This document shows, piece after piece, positions 21,011-30,164 of a DNA stretch of 64,000 nucleotides. Where the stretch lies: NCBI GenBank assembly GCA_947487955.1, contig CANKYV010000003.1, positions 15,165 to 79,164 on the forward strand, read 5' to 3'. Below the pieces are notes generated by a model that was given only the letters and a program-made list of their open reading frames with translations, was not told the DNA's origin and ran no database searches. This DNA is from Alphaproteobacteria bacterium. GTDB lineage: Bacteria; Pseudomonadota; Alphaproteobacteria; Paracaedibacterales; CAITNM01. The translations under genes were made by a program, and so were the position numbers. Each line of letters starts with the position of its first letter. Within the stretch, counting starts at the first letter, position 1.

Positions 21011-21803
21011 TTGCGACGGAAACAATATATGGGGAAGTAAATTTATTTGTTGGCATTTTTATTCCAATTTTCTCTAAAGACCAAAATATTTTTGAAATTC
21101 CTGAAAGAATACGCCTAAAAACTGGGTTAAATGGATGAGATGAAAAAGAGCCTGAATGCACCATACTTAAATTTATAGACATCAAATAATCGCAGTTTTT
21201 TAAATTAAGAGAACTATTCTCATGAGCTTTGCGTAACATCTTACTTGTTAAAGGCACATGGATATCGTAAATACTTTTATCGATGCGTTTTTGAATATAT
21301 CCAATAATGCCAGAAATATTAGGAATAAGCGTAAAAAGCATGCCTCCAGGTTTCACAAACGCTGCACAGGCTTTAATGCAATCTGCTGTATCTTCAAAAT
21401 GCTCCACTACCCCAAATGAGACAACTAAATCAAATTTTTGAAGCAAATCAGAAGGAGGAGAAAAAAGATCTGCGCAATAAATTTCACCTGGTATTTTATA
21501 ATGATTTAAAAGCTTACGACTTTTTTCACATCCAATTTCCGAATAATCCAAGCCATAAACTGAAGCATCAAAATGCTGATAAAAATACATTGGCCACACA
21601 GAATTAGCGCAACCTATTTCAAGAACACTAAATTCTTTTTTATTTTTTAATAGAGCCTTTAAATACTGATGAAGCTGAAGATTAAAATAATTATCAAGAT
21701 TTTGGTCATTGCAATCAAAAAGCTTAGGAAAATTAGATTGAGACCAATTTTCATCCCAGTAATCTGCGCCTGCTTTATCTATTTGGGTCATTGTCTTACA
21801 CAA
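21000..21803 (-). CDS. Class I SAM-dependent methyltransferase
   Basis: 267 aa. Motif I-like VLEIGCANS, post-I DYS, and FDLVVSFGVVEHF...KPGG, typical of Methyltransf_11/23-type enzymes. It is the last gene of the co-directional locus. Confidence 0.8.
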   Translation of the reverse strand: MCKTMTQIDKAGADYWDENWSQSNFPKLFDCNDQNLDNYFNLQLHQYLKALLKNKKEFSVLEIGCANSVWPMYFYQHFDASVYGLDYSEIGCEKSRKLLNHYKIPGEIYCADLFSPPSDLLQKFDLVVSFGVVEHFEDTADCIKACAAFVKPGGMLFTLIPNISGIIGYIQKRIDKSIYDIHVPLTSKMLRKAHENSSLNLKNCDYLMSINLSMVHSGSFSSHPFNPVFRRILSGISKIFWSLEKIGIKMPTNKFTSPYIVSVATKK

Positions 21804-23089
21804 TCCTTTTGATATATTAAATAATATACTTTTTCATTATCAGTATTTTTTTCTAGTCCCTTTTTTAAGGATACAATATTCTTTTTTTGAAATTTCAATT
21901 TATCACTACTAAGGTAACTATTAAAAGCATCTACTACTGTTTTTAAATCTTTTGATGTAATAAGTGTTCCAATTTCAAATTGCTCTATATAAGAACGAAC
22001 TGCAGGCACATCTTCTGAAACAATAGGTATTTCTCCAGCGATATACTCAAATAGCTTATTTGGTAATGAGAAATACATACTTTTTGCATTAGTTTCACAT
22101 GTGAAAACACCTATATCAGCTCCTTGACAAAAAGATGGTATATCATGATGCGAAATAGGAGGAAGAAAAAAAACTCTATCAGTAACACCAATTTCAGCAC
22201 ATAAATTTTCCAATGTTGCTAAATACTCATTTTGAATAGTTCCCTGCACCACAAGAACAACTCTATCACATTGTGCTACGGCTTTTATAAGCTGATCGAT
22301 CCTTCTATAGGGCGCTAGTTGGCCAACATAATAAGCAATCAAAAAATTTGAATTAATACCTAATTTTTTTCGTAAATTATAAGGCTGAAACTTTTGAAAA
22401 ACAGGCATATTTTTCACGATATAAATCTTGCGATTGATTTTGTAACAATTCATCATTTCATTAGCGATAATATCATTTACACTAATAACAAAATCCGCAC
22501 GTTCTAATACGAATTTTTCCGCAATCGTAAATGCTTTAGTTTGAATCGATGATATTTTAGTCGTATCTAAAGCAGAGCATTCAGCTTTCCATTCATGCAA
22601 ATCTGCAATAACAATCTTGCCTGTGATTTTAGCTGCTATTAATCCCATTAAAGCTGTATTTACATCATGACAATGTAAATATCTTGCTCTTGAAAAAATC
22701 ATATAAGACAGCATACTTATATCAAACATGCATGGAAAATGATTAAAAACACCACTTAAACCAATTTTTTTAATACAAACACCAGAATCGAGTCCAGATT
22801 TTTCAAATTTTTCATCCTCTAAGCTATCTACTGGCTTAAGTAGCGTAACTTTTTTACCCAACCTGATAAGATCATTCACACATTTCTTAATGCGCCCATC
22901 AAAAGAGATTGCCACATGAGAAACCACAATGACTTCTTCTGACTTACGGTTTTTTGAGTTTTTTTTAGCAATCGGAATATAAAGAAATAATAATCCGAAC
23001 ATAAAAAAAATCGCACAAATAAAATGGTAAATTAGCTTAAATGGAAGCTTTAATATGCGCTTTATTTCAGCAATTTGAGAAGTGTTCAT
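21788..23089 (-). CDS. Glycosyltransferase (GT-B, GT4/GT1-like) with N-terminal TM anchor
   Basis: 433 aa. N-terminal TM. C-terminal GT-B motif SLPNKLFEYIAGEIPIV (the E-x7-E region). Confidence 0.75.
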   Translation of the reverse strand: MNTSQIAEIKRILKLPFKLIYHFICAIFFMFGLLFLYIPIAKKNSKNRKSEEVIVVSHVAISFDGRIKKCVNDLIRLGKKVTLLKPVDSLEDEKFEKSGLDSGVCIKKIGLSGVFNHFPCMFDISMLSYMIFSRARYLHCHDVNTALMGLIAAKITGKIVIADLHEWKAECSALDTTKISSIQTKAFTIAEKFVLERADFVISVNDIIANEMMNCYKINRKIYIVKNMPVFQKFQPYNLRKKLGINSNFLIAYYVGQLAPYRRIDQLIKAVAQCDRVVLVVQGTIQNEYLATLENLCAEIGVTDRVFFLPPISHHDIPSFCQGADIGVFTCETNAKSMYFSLPNKLFEYIAGEIPIVSEDVPAVRSYIEQFEIGTLITSKDLKTVVDAFNSYLSSDKLKFQKKNIVSLKKGLEKNTDNEKVYYLIYQKDCVRQ

Positions 23090-24773
23090 TTTTCAACCAT
23101 CTATTAAATATAAACTTTTTAAAGTCTGTATCTACAGGTATAGAATTTTCATTTTGAATTTTTTTCCACCAGTGCTGTTCTGGCGTGGCAAACCCTATCT
23201 TATCCTTCCTATTCAAAATTGAATCGAGATTAATATCTTTCATTGATTCTCTTAAAATCCATTTTGTTGTTGTATCTCTAAATTTTTTTCTTACCTGCAG
23301 TGAGATAATAAATTCTACCAAGCGATAGTCAAGAAAAGGCAAACGAGATTCTCTTGAAAAAGCCATGCTGTTGCGATCTTCATAACGCAGCAAGCTTTGT
23401 AAATTATTTGTAAAATGATAAAAACTCATTTCTGTTATGGTACGCACCGGATCTTCTTTAAAATCAATATTATGATTTTTAAGTTTCAACAAAAACTGAT
23501 AACAAGTCGGATGCCTTTGTTGTAAAGCTAGTAATACAGTATTTCTAACAGATTGCTTATTTTGCAGCATCTGCCATTTAAAAAAATTCATTAGATTAAT
23601 TAGTTGAAAACTTTTTAAGTAATCAAAGACGATACCATTCAGCATTCCTGGATATCCAAGGAGAGATTCGTCAGCTCCTTGTCCATCTAATAGCACAGTA
23701 ACATTATGTTGTTTTGCTTGTTCAAATGTTTTCCATTGAGCAAAAATACTTGTACCTAAAAATGGTAAATCTTGATGATATAAAACTTGATCAAGCTTTT
23801 CTATGAATTCTTCGACTGTTGGATAATTCTTATGTGAGTTAAGATTTTTTTTGCTAGCGAGTTCATCTATATAGGTAGATTCATCAACATCACAACCAGG
23901 AAATACAGAACTAAAAGTATAAATGTTTTGCCCTGTTTCTTGTATTTTGCGAAGCATAGAGACGATCGAAGTGCTATCAATACCTCCCGATAAGCACGCC
24001 CCTACAGGAACATCTGAGCGCAAACGTAATCGAATAGCATCCTCAAACAAAAATTTGAACTGCTCAATTGCATCTTGATCACTTATTTCCAATTCAGTTT
24101 CATAATCACGCAAATCATACCAGCGCGATATTGTGATTTCTTTATCAATTACTGCTTGTTCACCTGGTAGTATTTGAAAAACATTTTTATATAACGTTTC
24201 GCGTTCATGGTCACAAAAACCTAATTTTAAATAATGATCAGCAGCTTCTTCATTGATCTCACTAACCCAACCAAAGATATTTTTAAACTGCTTAATCTCA
24301 GAAGCAAAGGCAATTTTATCTCCTTGCTTGTAGTAATACAGTGGCTTAACACCAAAGCGATCACGAACTGCAAAGGCTATTTTTTCCTTATCATCCCAAA
24401 TAACAAAAGCAAACATTCCATTAAATTTATGGAGGCACTCTCTACCCCAATGAAGGTAACTTTTTAAAAGAACTTCAGTGTCAGTTTTTGTTTTAAATTG
24501 ATATCCAAGTTCTTCTAGTTCTTTTCGTATCTCCAAATAATTATAGATTTCACCATTGTAAGTAACCCAGAAGCGCTTATCCTCTGTGCTCATAGGTTGG
24601 TGCCCATCAGTGCTTAAATCAACAATAGCAAGACGCCGATGCGCCATGACAACGGGACCTTTTGGCGATGTGAATTCGTTCCACCCTCGCCCATCAGGCC
24701 CTCGATGTGCAACGCTATCAATCACGTTAGCTGAAAGGTCTTCAAAACCTATTGAGAAAAAAATTCCGCACAT
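23067..24773 (-). CDS. Asparagine synthase-type glutamine amidotransferase (AsnB-like), paralog 1
   Basis: MCGIFF N-terminal nucleophile Cys (start set at 24773 so that Cys is residue 2), HRGPDG, HRRLAIVDLS..GHQPM, and PP-loop ACLSGGIDSTS. Confidence 0.9.
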   Translation of the reverse strand: MCGIFFSIGFEDLSANVIDSVAHRGPDGRGWNEFTSPKGPVVMAHRRLAIVDLSTDGHQPMSTEDKRFWVTYNGEIYNYLEIRKELEELGYQFKTKTDTEVLLKSYLHWGRECLHKFNGMFAFVIWDDKEKIAFAVRDRFGVKPLYYYKQGDKIAFASEIKQFKNIFGWVSEINEEAADHYLKLGFCDHERETLYKNVFQILPGEQAVIDKEITISRWYDLRDYETELEISDQDAIEQFKFLFEDAIRLRLRSDVPVGACLSGGIDSTSIVSMLRKIQETGQNIYTFSSVFPGCDVDESTYIDELASKKNLNSHKNYPTVEEFIEKLDQVLYHQDLPFLGTSIFAQWKTFEQAKQHNVTVLLDGQGADESLLGYPGMLNGIVFDYLKSFQLINLMNFFKWQMLQNKQSVRNTVLLALQQRHPTCYQFLLKLKNHNIDFKEDPVRTITEMSFYHFTNNLQSLLRYEDRNSMAFSRESRLPFLDYRLVEFIISLQVRKKFRDTTTKWILRESMKDINLDSILNRKDKIGFATPEQHWWKKIQNENSIPVDTDFKKFIFNRWLKNEHFSNC

Positions 24774-25182
24774 TTTTATATCATTACAGATAGGGCAGCA
24801 TCGTACATGATTATCACCCACATAAGAAGTGCTATATAAACTAAAACTTCATTGAGTTTTTCATTGATTAAAACAGCCTCGATCTTTTCAATCATTCGAC
24901 TTGTCATTTGATGACATGACCCTTCATAAATATCTAAAAAATTTTTTGGCCTTGCAATTTCAAGCTCCTCTCAAATAAATATTTGACATATTTTTTATCA
25001 AAATGCTATCCCATGCAAGCAATAATTTCTTCAATCATGGTATCTTTCGGGCACAAGAAGACTGAAGCCCCCATAAAACCCAACTGAAGTACGCACAAAT
25101 CTTTCAAAAACTTTGTTCTTTGCTTTATTTCATGCAATAAGCCAATTAAGTTAGGGCTCCAAATACATTGAAATTACTTAGC

Positions 25183-26991
25183 TTATAAACCATCGGTAAT
25201 AATTTCACTTTCTAGACCAAAATTATTGATAGCATCATCTAATTGAACCTTTAATAACTTAGATATATTTATTGATTGATAATGTTCTTCAAATTTCTCA
25301 ACTCTAGATTTAGAAACATTTGATAAATCAAACAAGTTAAATTTTATTTTGAGAGCGCCATCTATTATAGATAAATTATACTCTTTTCTTTTTTTACTTG
25401 GTAAAGATAGAATTGAAACTACTTTAGAATCTTTATGAATAGCATTATAGTGTTTCTTTGATTTAGTTTCTTTATCTGAAAAGTAACTCTTAATAAAATC
25501 GTGTATGTCTTGCGTATCAATTGGATGTGTAGAATATCCTGCCTCCCCGCCAAATAGAATAAATGGAACACGAATTACTTCCTCATCAGCATGGTACCCG
25601 TACCAGACTTTTCCGTCTTCAAAAGTAGTTCCATGGTCTGCTGTAAAAACAACCAAGGTATCCTCTAAAATACCTTCTTTAGCCAAAACTTCTAAGAACC
25701 ACCGTAGCTTTTTAGCAAGAAACTCAATTCTTTCTTGGTATTTAGCTTTTACTTGTAAATGAACAGTATCATCATCCGAATAATGGTAGTCATTTTCAGC
25801 CCAATTAGCATAAGCACCTTCTACAGAGCTTAAGTCTTGCACTGTCTGTTCCGCAGTTCCAATGTGAAACAAGGTAAATGATCTAGGAGATTCCTTTCTT
25901 TGTGCTTTTATCTGCTCATATAAAAATGACCATTGAGATTGATCATCATACTTATCTTTTTGAAAAAAAGTTGTAAAAACTTGTTTTGCTCTTGAATCTG
26001 TTCTTGTATCCAAAGAATTTAAGAAAACGTGATAATCCATAATATTTGGTAAATAATTAGCGATTCTTTCATCAAGGAATATGCTTCTCAATCCTACATA
26101 ATTATTTATACCATTTGTCTCAGGGAATCCATTCCTGTGAAAAACAATGCATTTAAACGACACATTTTTTTGATTAAAGAAAAAAGGCAAATGATCGCAC
26201 GAATTCATATTATGAGGTCTTTTAGTAGAATCTAGATCGAGTTTGCCCGAGTACAGAACACCAAAAAAACCAGATGTATAAGGCTTATTTGTATATGCTT
26301 TCATATAAACAATCCCTTTTTTCGCAAGAGAATCTAGTGCCGTGCTTTTAGATTCAGGATTATAAAGGTTCGTCATATATGCAGGAAAACCATCTATTAC
26401 TATAAAAATCATGTGTTTTGGTTGTGAGTAATTTATTTTAACAGACTGCGATATAGGGAAAAATGACTCTGCGAACATCAATAAAACAACTAAAGGAAAA
26501 AGAACAAGAAATTTTCGCGATAAAGCAACAATTCTGTGTATGACTTGTAGATTTTTTCTTAAATTTAAAATAAAAAGAAAAAAAGATATTAGAAAAATAA
26601 ATAAAGCAAGATAGATTAATAAGTTATTTAAATTCAACCATTCTAACTTTATCCCAAATAATTTTAAGAATATTTGATAAAAAGCATTAGAGCTATATAT
26701 ATCTACCGAATATATTACTAAAAAGGATAAGAAAAGAGACAGGCATGTATTTGAGTAAACCCTAGCAGGAGAAGATTTAAAAAAGAAGCAAACCATGCTT
26801 AAAATTAAGCATAAGAATATTGATATAAATGTGGAAAAAAGCAGAACCAAAAGAGCTATATACTTTATATCTGAATTGAATAAAAGATTATCCTGAGCTG
26901 CATTGATTAAAATTAGAGCAACAAAAAAGGAACTCAAAAAAGCTGTAGATACAGAAGAGTAGTAAGATTTTAAGAAATTCATTTTTCGCAT
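25183..26991 (-). CDS. Sulfatase-like (alkaline-phosphatase superfamily) membrane transferase
   Basis: 602 aa. Several N-terminal TM segments, then MIFIVIDGFPA and VVFTADHGT motifs, as in the LtaS/EptA/OpgB-type phospho-substituent transferases. Confidence 0.7.
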   Translation of the reverse strand: MRKMNFLKSYYSSVSTAFLSSFFVALILINAAQDNLLFNSDIKYIALLVLLFSTFISIFLCLILSMVCFFFKSSPARVYSNTCLSLFLSFLVIYSVDIYSSNAFYQIFLKLFGIKLEWLNLNNLLIYLALFIFLISFFLFILNLRKNLQVIHRIVALSRKFLVLFPLVVLLMFAESFFPISQSVKINYSQPKHMIFIVIDGFPAYMTNLYNPESKSTALDSLAKKGIVYMKAYTNKPYTSGFFGVLYSGKLDLDSTKRPHNMNSCDHLPFFFNQKNVSFKCIVFHRNGFPETNGINNYVGLRSIFLDERIANYLPNIMDYHVFLNSLDTRTDSRAKQVFTTFFQKDKYDDQSQWSFLYEQIKAQRKESPRSFTLFHIGTAEQTVQDLSSVEGAYANWAENDYHYSDDDTVHLQVKAKYQERIEFLAKKLRWFLEVLAKEGILEDTLVVFTADHGTTFEDGKVWYGYHADEEVIRVPFILFGGEAGYSTHPIDTQDIHDFIKSYFSDKETKSKKHYNAIHKDSKVVSILSLPSKKRKEYNLSIIDGALKIKFNLFDLSNVSKSRVEKFEEHYQSINISKLLKVQLDDAINNFGLESEIITDGL

Positions 26992-28394
26992 AACATTAAT
27001 TTTCGAGTCTTTCTATCGGAATCAACAACTTCTATTCTCTTAAAGTGCTTGTTAATTTCATCAAAAACTTCTTGAAAGGTATAATAATGGTGCTTATTTC
27101 TACTGATCAAAGCGATGTTCTCATCGTCTGCAGAAACAAACTCAAAAATTAAGTATTTTGCAGAATAATTTGAGAGCATAGATGCTATTCTAGCGAAAGA
27201 CTGCTTGCTGGTTATATGAATATGGTGCATCACAGCTAAGAACAACACCATTTCACATTTTACTCTTTTGTCTAATCCTAGATATTCACATCCCATAAAG
27301 CCATGAGAAGACGTACTAAAAGCTATATCACTTACTATAGGTGTAATTCTTAGATTCTTTGATTTTGACATTGTATAAAGAGAATCAATACAAGCGCTAC
27401 TGCTATCAACGGATACAACTTTTGCACCACTACTCTCCGCTAGAAGAGAAAATTCGCCTGTATTACATCCTAAATCTAAAACAGTTTCTGGCTTTTTTAA
27501 ACTAAGATAACTTCCAACAGCTTCATACTTCAAATTACGTTGATGTGATTTGTCAATATTGTTGTAGTAGTCTTTCCAATTTACCCCTGATAAGCCAGCA
27601 ACTTTTATTGATTCTATTTTTTTATAAAGTCTCTCAAAAAATCCAATTCGTAATTGTTTAGAAATCTTTGTGTGCTGCCCTAAATGCTTTCTAGAAATTG
27701 TCTCCGCTATCTTTTCATTTTGCAGCATTAAAGACAGTACTTTGGTAAAGAATATGGATTGGTGTTTTATCTTACCCTTAAGTGATAAAAATCTATACAA
27801 AAAATCAAACCCAACCCCAAGAGGAGAATCTTTCAAAGCCATCCTTACCAAGTAATCATTACCATCTTCAGCCAGCAGAAGAGGAAAATAAAAATTGGAG
27901 TTAAATTGATCATTTGCGCGCCATAACCAAGCATCTCTCTCGTTCACTATAGAGGTAAAGTCAACTAACACCGGATTGCTGTTATTAAACAATATGTTAG
28001 TAGTAGATGCATCTTGCATATATAAATCTTCATTTAATAATTCCAAAGCAATTTCTAACGTGAGCAAAGCAGCATCTTTTAGCATCAACGGGGACCATTC
28101 ACCCGCATAAGTTTGGGGATAAATTTTATCATGTTTTAATAGCAAACAATTATTTGCAACATTAAAATCATTAGAAATTTTAGATCTTACAATTTTTCCT
28201 TTATCAATCAGGGAGTTAACAGTTAAATTGTTTAAAATTGACCTATATTGTTCCGCGACCTCCGGTTTAATAACCCGATAGAAATTATCTCCAGAAGAGA
28301 AAACAAACCCATTTGGATCAAGACTAGATAATGATGTTACTTGCACGTCTGCATTGATTAAATTATTAGTAACCTTTAATGTAGGCAAGCTCAT
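26979..28394 (-). CDS. Two-domain protein: unknown N-terminal domain plus C-terminal class I SAM methyltransferase
   Basis: 471 aa. The C-terminal half has VLDLGCNTGEFSLLAESSGAKVVSVDSS (motif I/II). The N-terminal ~250 aa (..YAGEWSPLMLKDAALLTLEIALELL..DASTTNILF..PVLVDFTS) is not assignable with confidence. Confidence 0.7.
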   Translation of the reverse strand: MSLPTLKVTNNLINADVQVTSLSSLDPNGFVFSSGDNFYRVIKPEVAEQYRSILNNLTVNSLIDKGKIVRSKISNDFNVANNCLLLKHDKIYPQTYAGEWSPLMLKDAALLTLEIALELLNEDLYMQDASTTNILFNNSNPVLVDFTSIVNERDAWLWRANDQFNSNFYFPLLLAEDGNDYLVRMALKDSPLGVGFDFLYRFLSLKGKIKHQSIFFTKVLSLMLQNEKIAETISRKHLGQHTKISKQLRIGFFERLYKKIESIKVAGLSGVNWKDYYNNIDKSHQRNLKYEAVGSYLSLKKPETVLDLGCNTGEFSLLAESSGAKVVSVDSSSACIDSLYTMSKSKNLRITPIVSDIAFSTSSHGFMGCEYLGLDKRVKCEMVLFLAVMHHIHITSKQSFARIASMLSNYSAKYLIFEFVSADDENIALISRNKHHYYTFQEVFDEINKHFKRIEVVDSDRKTRKLMLCEK

Positions 28395-28834
28395 CTTACA
28401 CTCTTTAAATAATTAAGACTTAAATCACATAAAGATTGTACCCTTTTATCCTTTTTTATAAAAAATACATCTGGTTCAATGTTAGTTATTTCAATTGGCG
28501 GGGAGAATTCTACAAGTTCTTCAGTATTACTTTTTTTGAGATATTGATTATTTTGATAAAAATATATTTTCCCCTCACATAGAACCAAAACTTTCGAATA
28601 ATGCGATTTTTTTAACTTTTCTAAAGAGAGAGAACCTATTTTTATCAAGACCCAGTTAGATCGACAAAAAAAACCTCTTAGCAAATTTAGTGGCCTAAAG
28701 ATATACAATGATACAAACCCCATAATCAATGCATAAAAAATTTGTGTGACCCCTCCTAATAGGCCAGGATCAATATAAGCAAAACATTCGCTAGATTCTA
28801 ATAAAAGAATTAATATAAAAAAAAATTTTTTCAT
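28391..28834 (-). CDS. Hypothetical small membrane protein
   Basis: I chose the start at MKKFFFILILLL (28834). It has a signal/TM segment, then a YIDPGLLGG motif and a second TM segment. I recognise no family. It overlaps the next gene by 4 nt (translationally coupled). Confidence 0.45.
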   Translation of the reverse strand: MKKFFFILILLLESSECFAYIDPGLLGGVTQIFYALIMGFVSLYIFRPLNLLRGFFCRSNWVLIKIGSLSLEKLKKSHYSKVLVLCEGKIYFYQNNQYLKKSNTEELVEFSPPIEITNIEPDVFFIKKDKRVQSLCDLSLNYLKSVR

Positions 28835-28946
28835 TCTAAGTTTTCTCTCTTTTCTTAAAGCCCATGAAACTCCATGAAGCAGCCCCTCTGTTTCTACAAC
28901 AGATCTATAAACATCTCGGGAAATCACAACCCTAATCGATAGCAGC

Positions 28947-30164
28947 CTAGCAAAAAACCGTCACCTTTTCATTATAATTTTTCTTTAGCCTATTCCTAAT
29001 ACCTAAAATAAAAAACTGATCAATAAAATAAATCACTAAAAGAAAGAAAAATTTAATTTTTACATATATTTTTCTATTTCCTTTATATTTAGCAATAATA
29101 TTTTTAAAATAACCCCTGAGTTCATCAACATTTTTTTCAAGATCTCCAAAATTCTCGACAAACTTTCTGCCTGCAGCTCTAATTTTTTCTAAATTTCCAA
29201 TATTTTCAATTATTTTTTCTCCAATTTCTGATGCTGTGCCAGATACTAATATCACATTATTTTCATCAAATATCTCTTTATAAACTTCTAGCTTAGGAAG
29301 CACATTTACACATCCCTGCGCCATTCCCTCTAATGCTGATTGAGGAATACCATCGGAAGTGGGAAGAGCGATCACGATATCAGTAGATTGGTATAAAGAA
29401 AGAAGTTCTACAGGGTATTGCACACTTGACAAAAAATGAATTTTTTCACACATACTGTTCTGAACAATTTTTTCTTCTAAAAATTTTTTATATCTTTCAT
29501 TAACAGCAAAACACACAATATTAAAGGTCGCATTTATACCTTTTTTATTAATGTAAGTTATTACATCAATTATCTTATCGACGTGATAAAAAGGATTCAA
29601 AGGACGCAAAGATAGAAAGGATAAATTTTTTCTTTTTTCGGTAGAAGTAGAATCTAAAAACCTTTTTTCTACACCAAAGATACAGGTTAAAACTTTTGAT
29701 GAATCATTACAAAGAACACAAATTCTTTCTTTTAGGTACGGGGACTTTGCAATTATAAGATCTGCATTTTTTAAAATCTCTATAACTAAAAGCTTCTGAT
29801 ACCACGGAATATAATGATGCTGTTCAAACAAAACATCTCCCCCCATAGCAATTATAACAATTGGCTTTCGAGATACTAAAGACGCTATCCAACCCAAATA
29901 ATTAGCAGCATAATGGATGTGAATTATGTCATAATCTTCTCTATAAAAGACTTTAATAGCGTTAATGACATTTTTAAAAAAATAATAAGGACGTTTCCAT
30001 GCAACAAACTGCTCCCACTTTTTAAAGGGGGAAATAACTTCTATTTCCGCATCTTGAACGAACTCTTCACTTAAAATTTTATTAGAAATGCCAGCTCTCA
30101 AGAATGCTTTTGCGCGCCCCAATATATGAGGACTTGTTGCTGTTCCTATAGTAAGGATTTTCAT
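28947..30164 (-). CDS. Glycosyltransferase family 4
   Basis: 405 aa. GT-B layout with the C-terminal motif SDGIPQSALEGMAQGCVNVLP (E-x7-E). Confidence 0.8.
   Translation of the reverse strand: MKILTIGTATSPHILGRAKAFLRAGISNKILSEEFVQDAEIEVISPFKKWEQFVAWKRPYYFFKNVINAIKVFYREDYDIIHIHYAANYLGWIASLVSRKPIVIIAMGGDVLFEQHHYIPWYQKLLVIEILKNADLIIAKSPYLKERICVLCNDSSKVLTCIFGVEKRFLDSTSTEKRKNLSFLSLRPLNPFYHVDKIIDVITYINKKGINATFNIVCFAVNERYKKFLEEKIVQNSMCEKIHFLSSVQYPVELLSLYQSTDIVIALPTSDGIPQSALEGMAQGCVNVLPKLEVYKEIFDENNVILVSGTASEIGEKIIENIGNLEKIRAAGRKFVENFGDLEKNVDELRGYFKNIIAKYKGNRKIYVKIKFFFLLVIYFIDQFFILGIRNRLKKNYNEKVTVFC

Noticed and set aside
20700-21100. Search for genomic-island hallmarks at the tRNA-Ser boundary (an integrase, or a direct repeat of the tRNA 3' end).
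   Set aside because: No integrase-like ORF or tRNA-fragment repeat is visible anywhere in 20.9-43.7 kb. The mosaic-origin idea therefore rests on composition only.
18746-24821. ORF-track start codons upstream of the functional N-termini: glmM at 18746, AsnB-like at 24821, plus exoD-like at 2548, HAD at 55068 and the small membrane ORF at 28927.
   Set aside because: Family N-termini ([15 protein letters not shown] with its obligatory Cys2 nucleophile; DxDGT preceded by an AAAAGGAG SD) fix the internal ATGs. The upstream extensions are just open frame.
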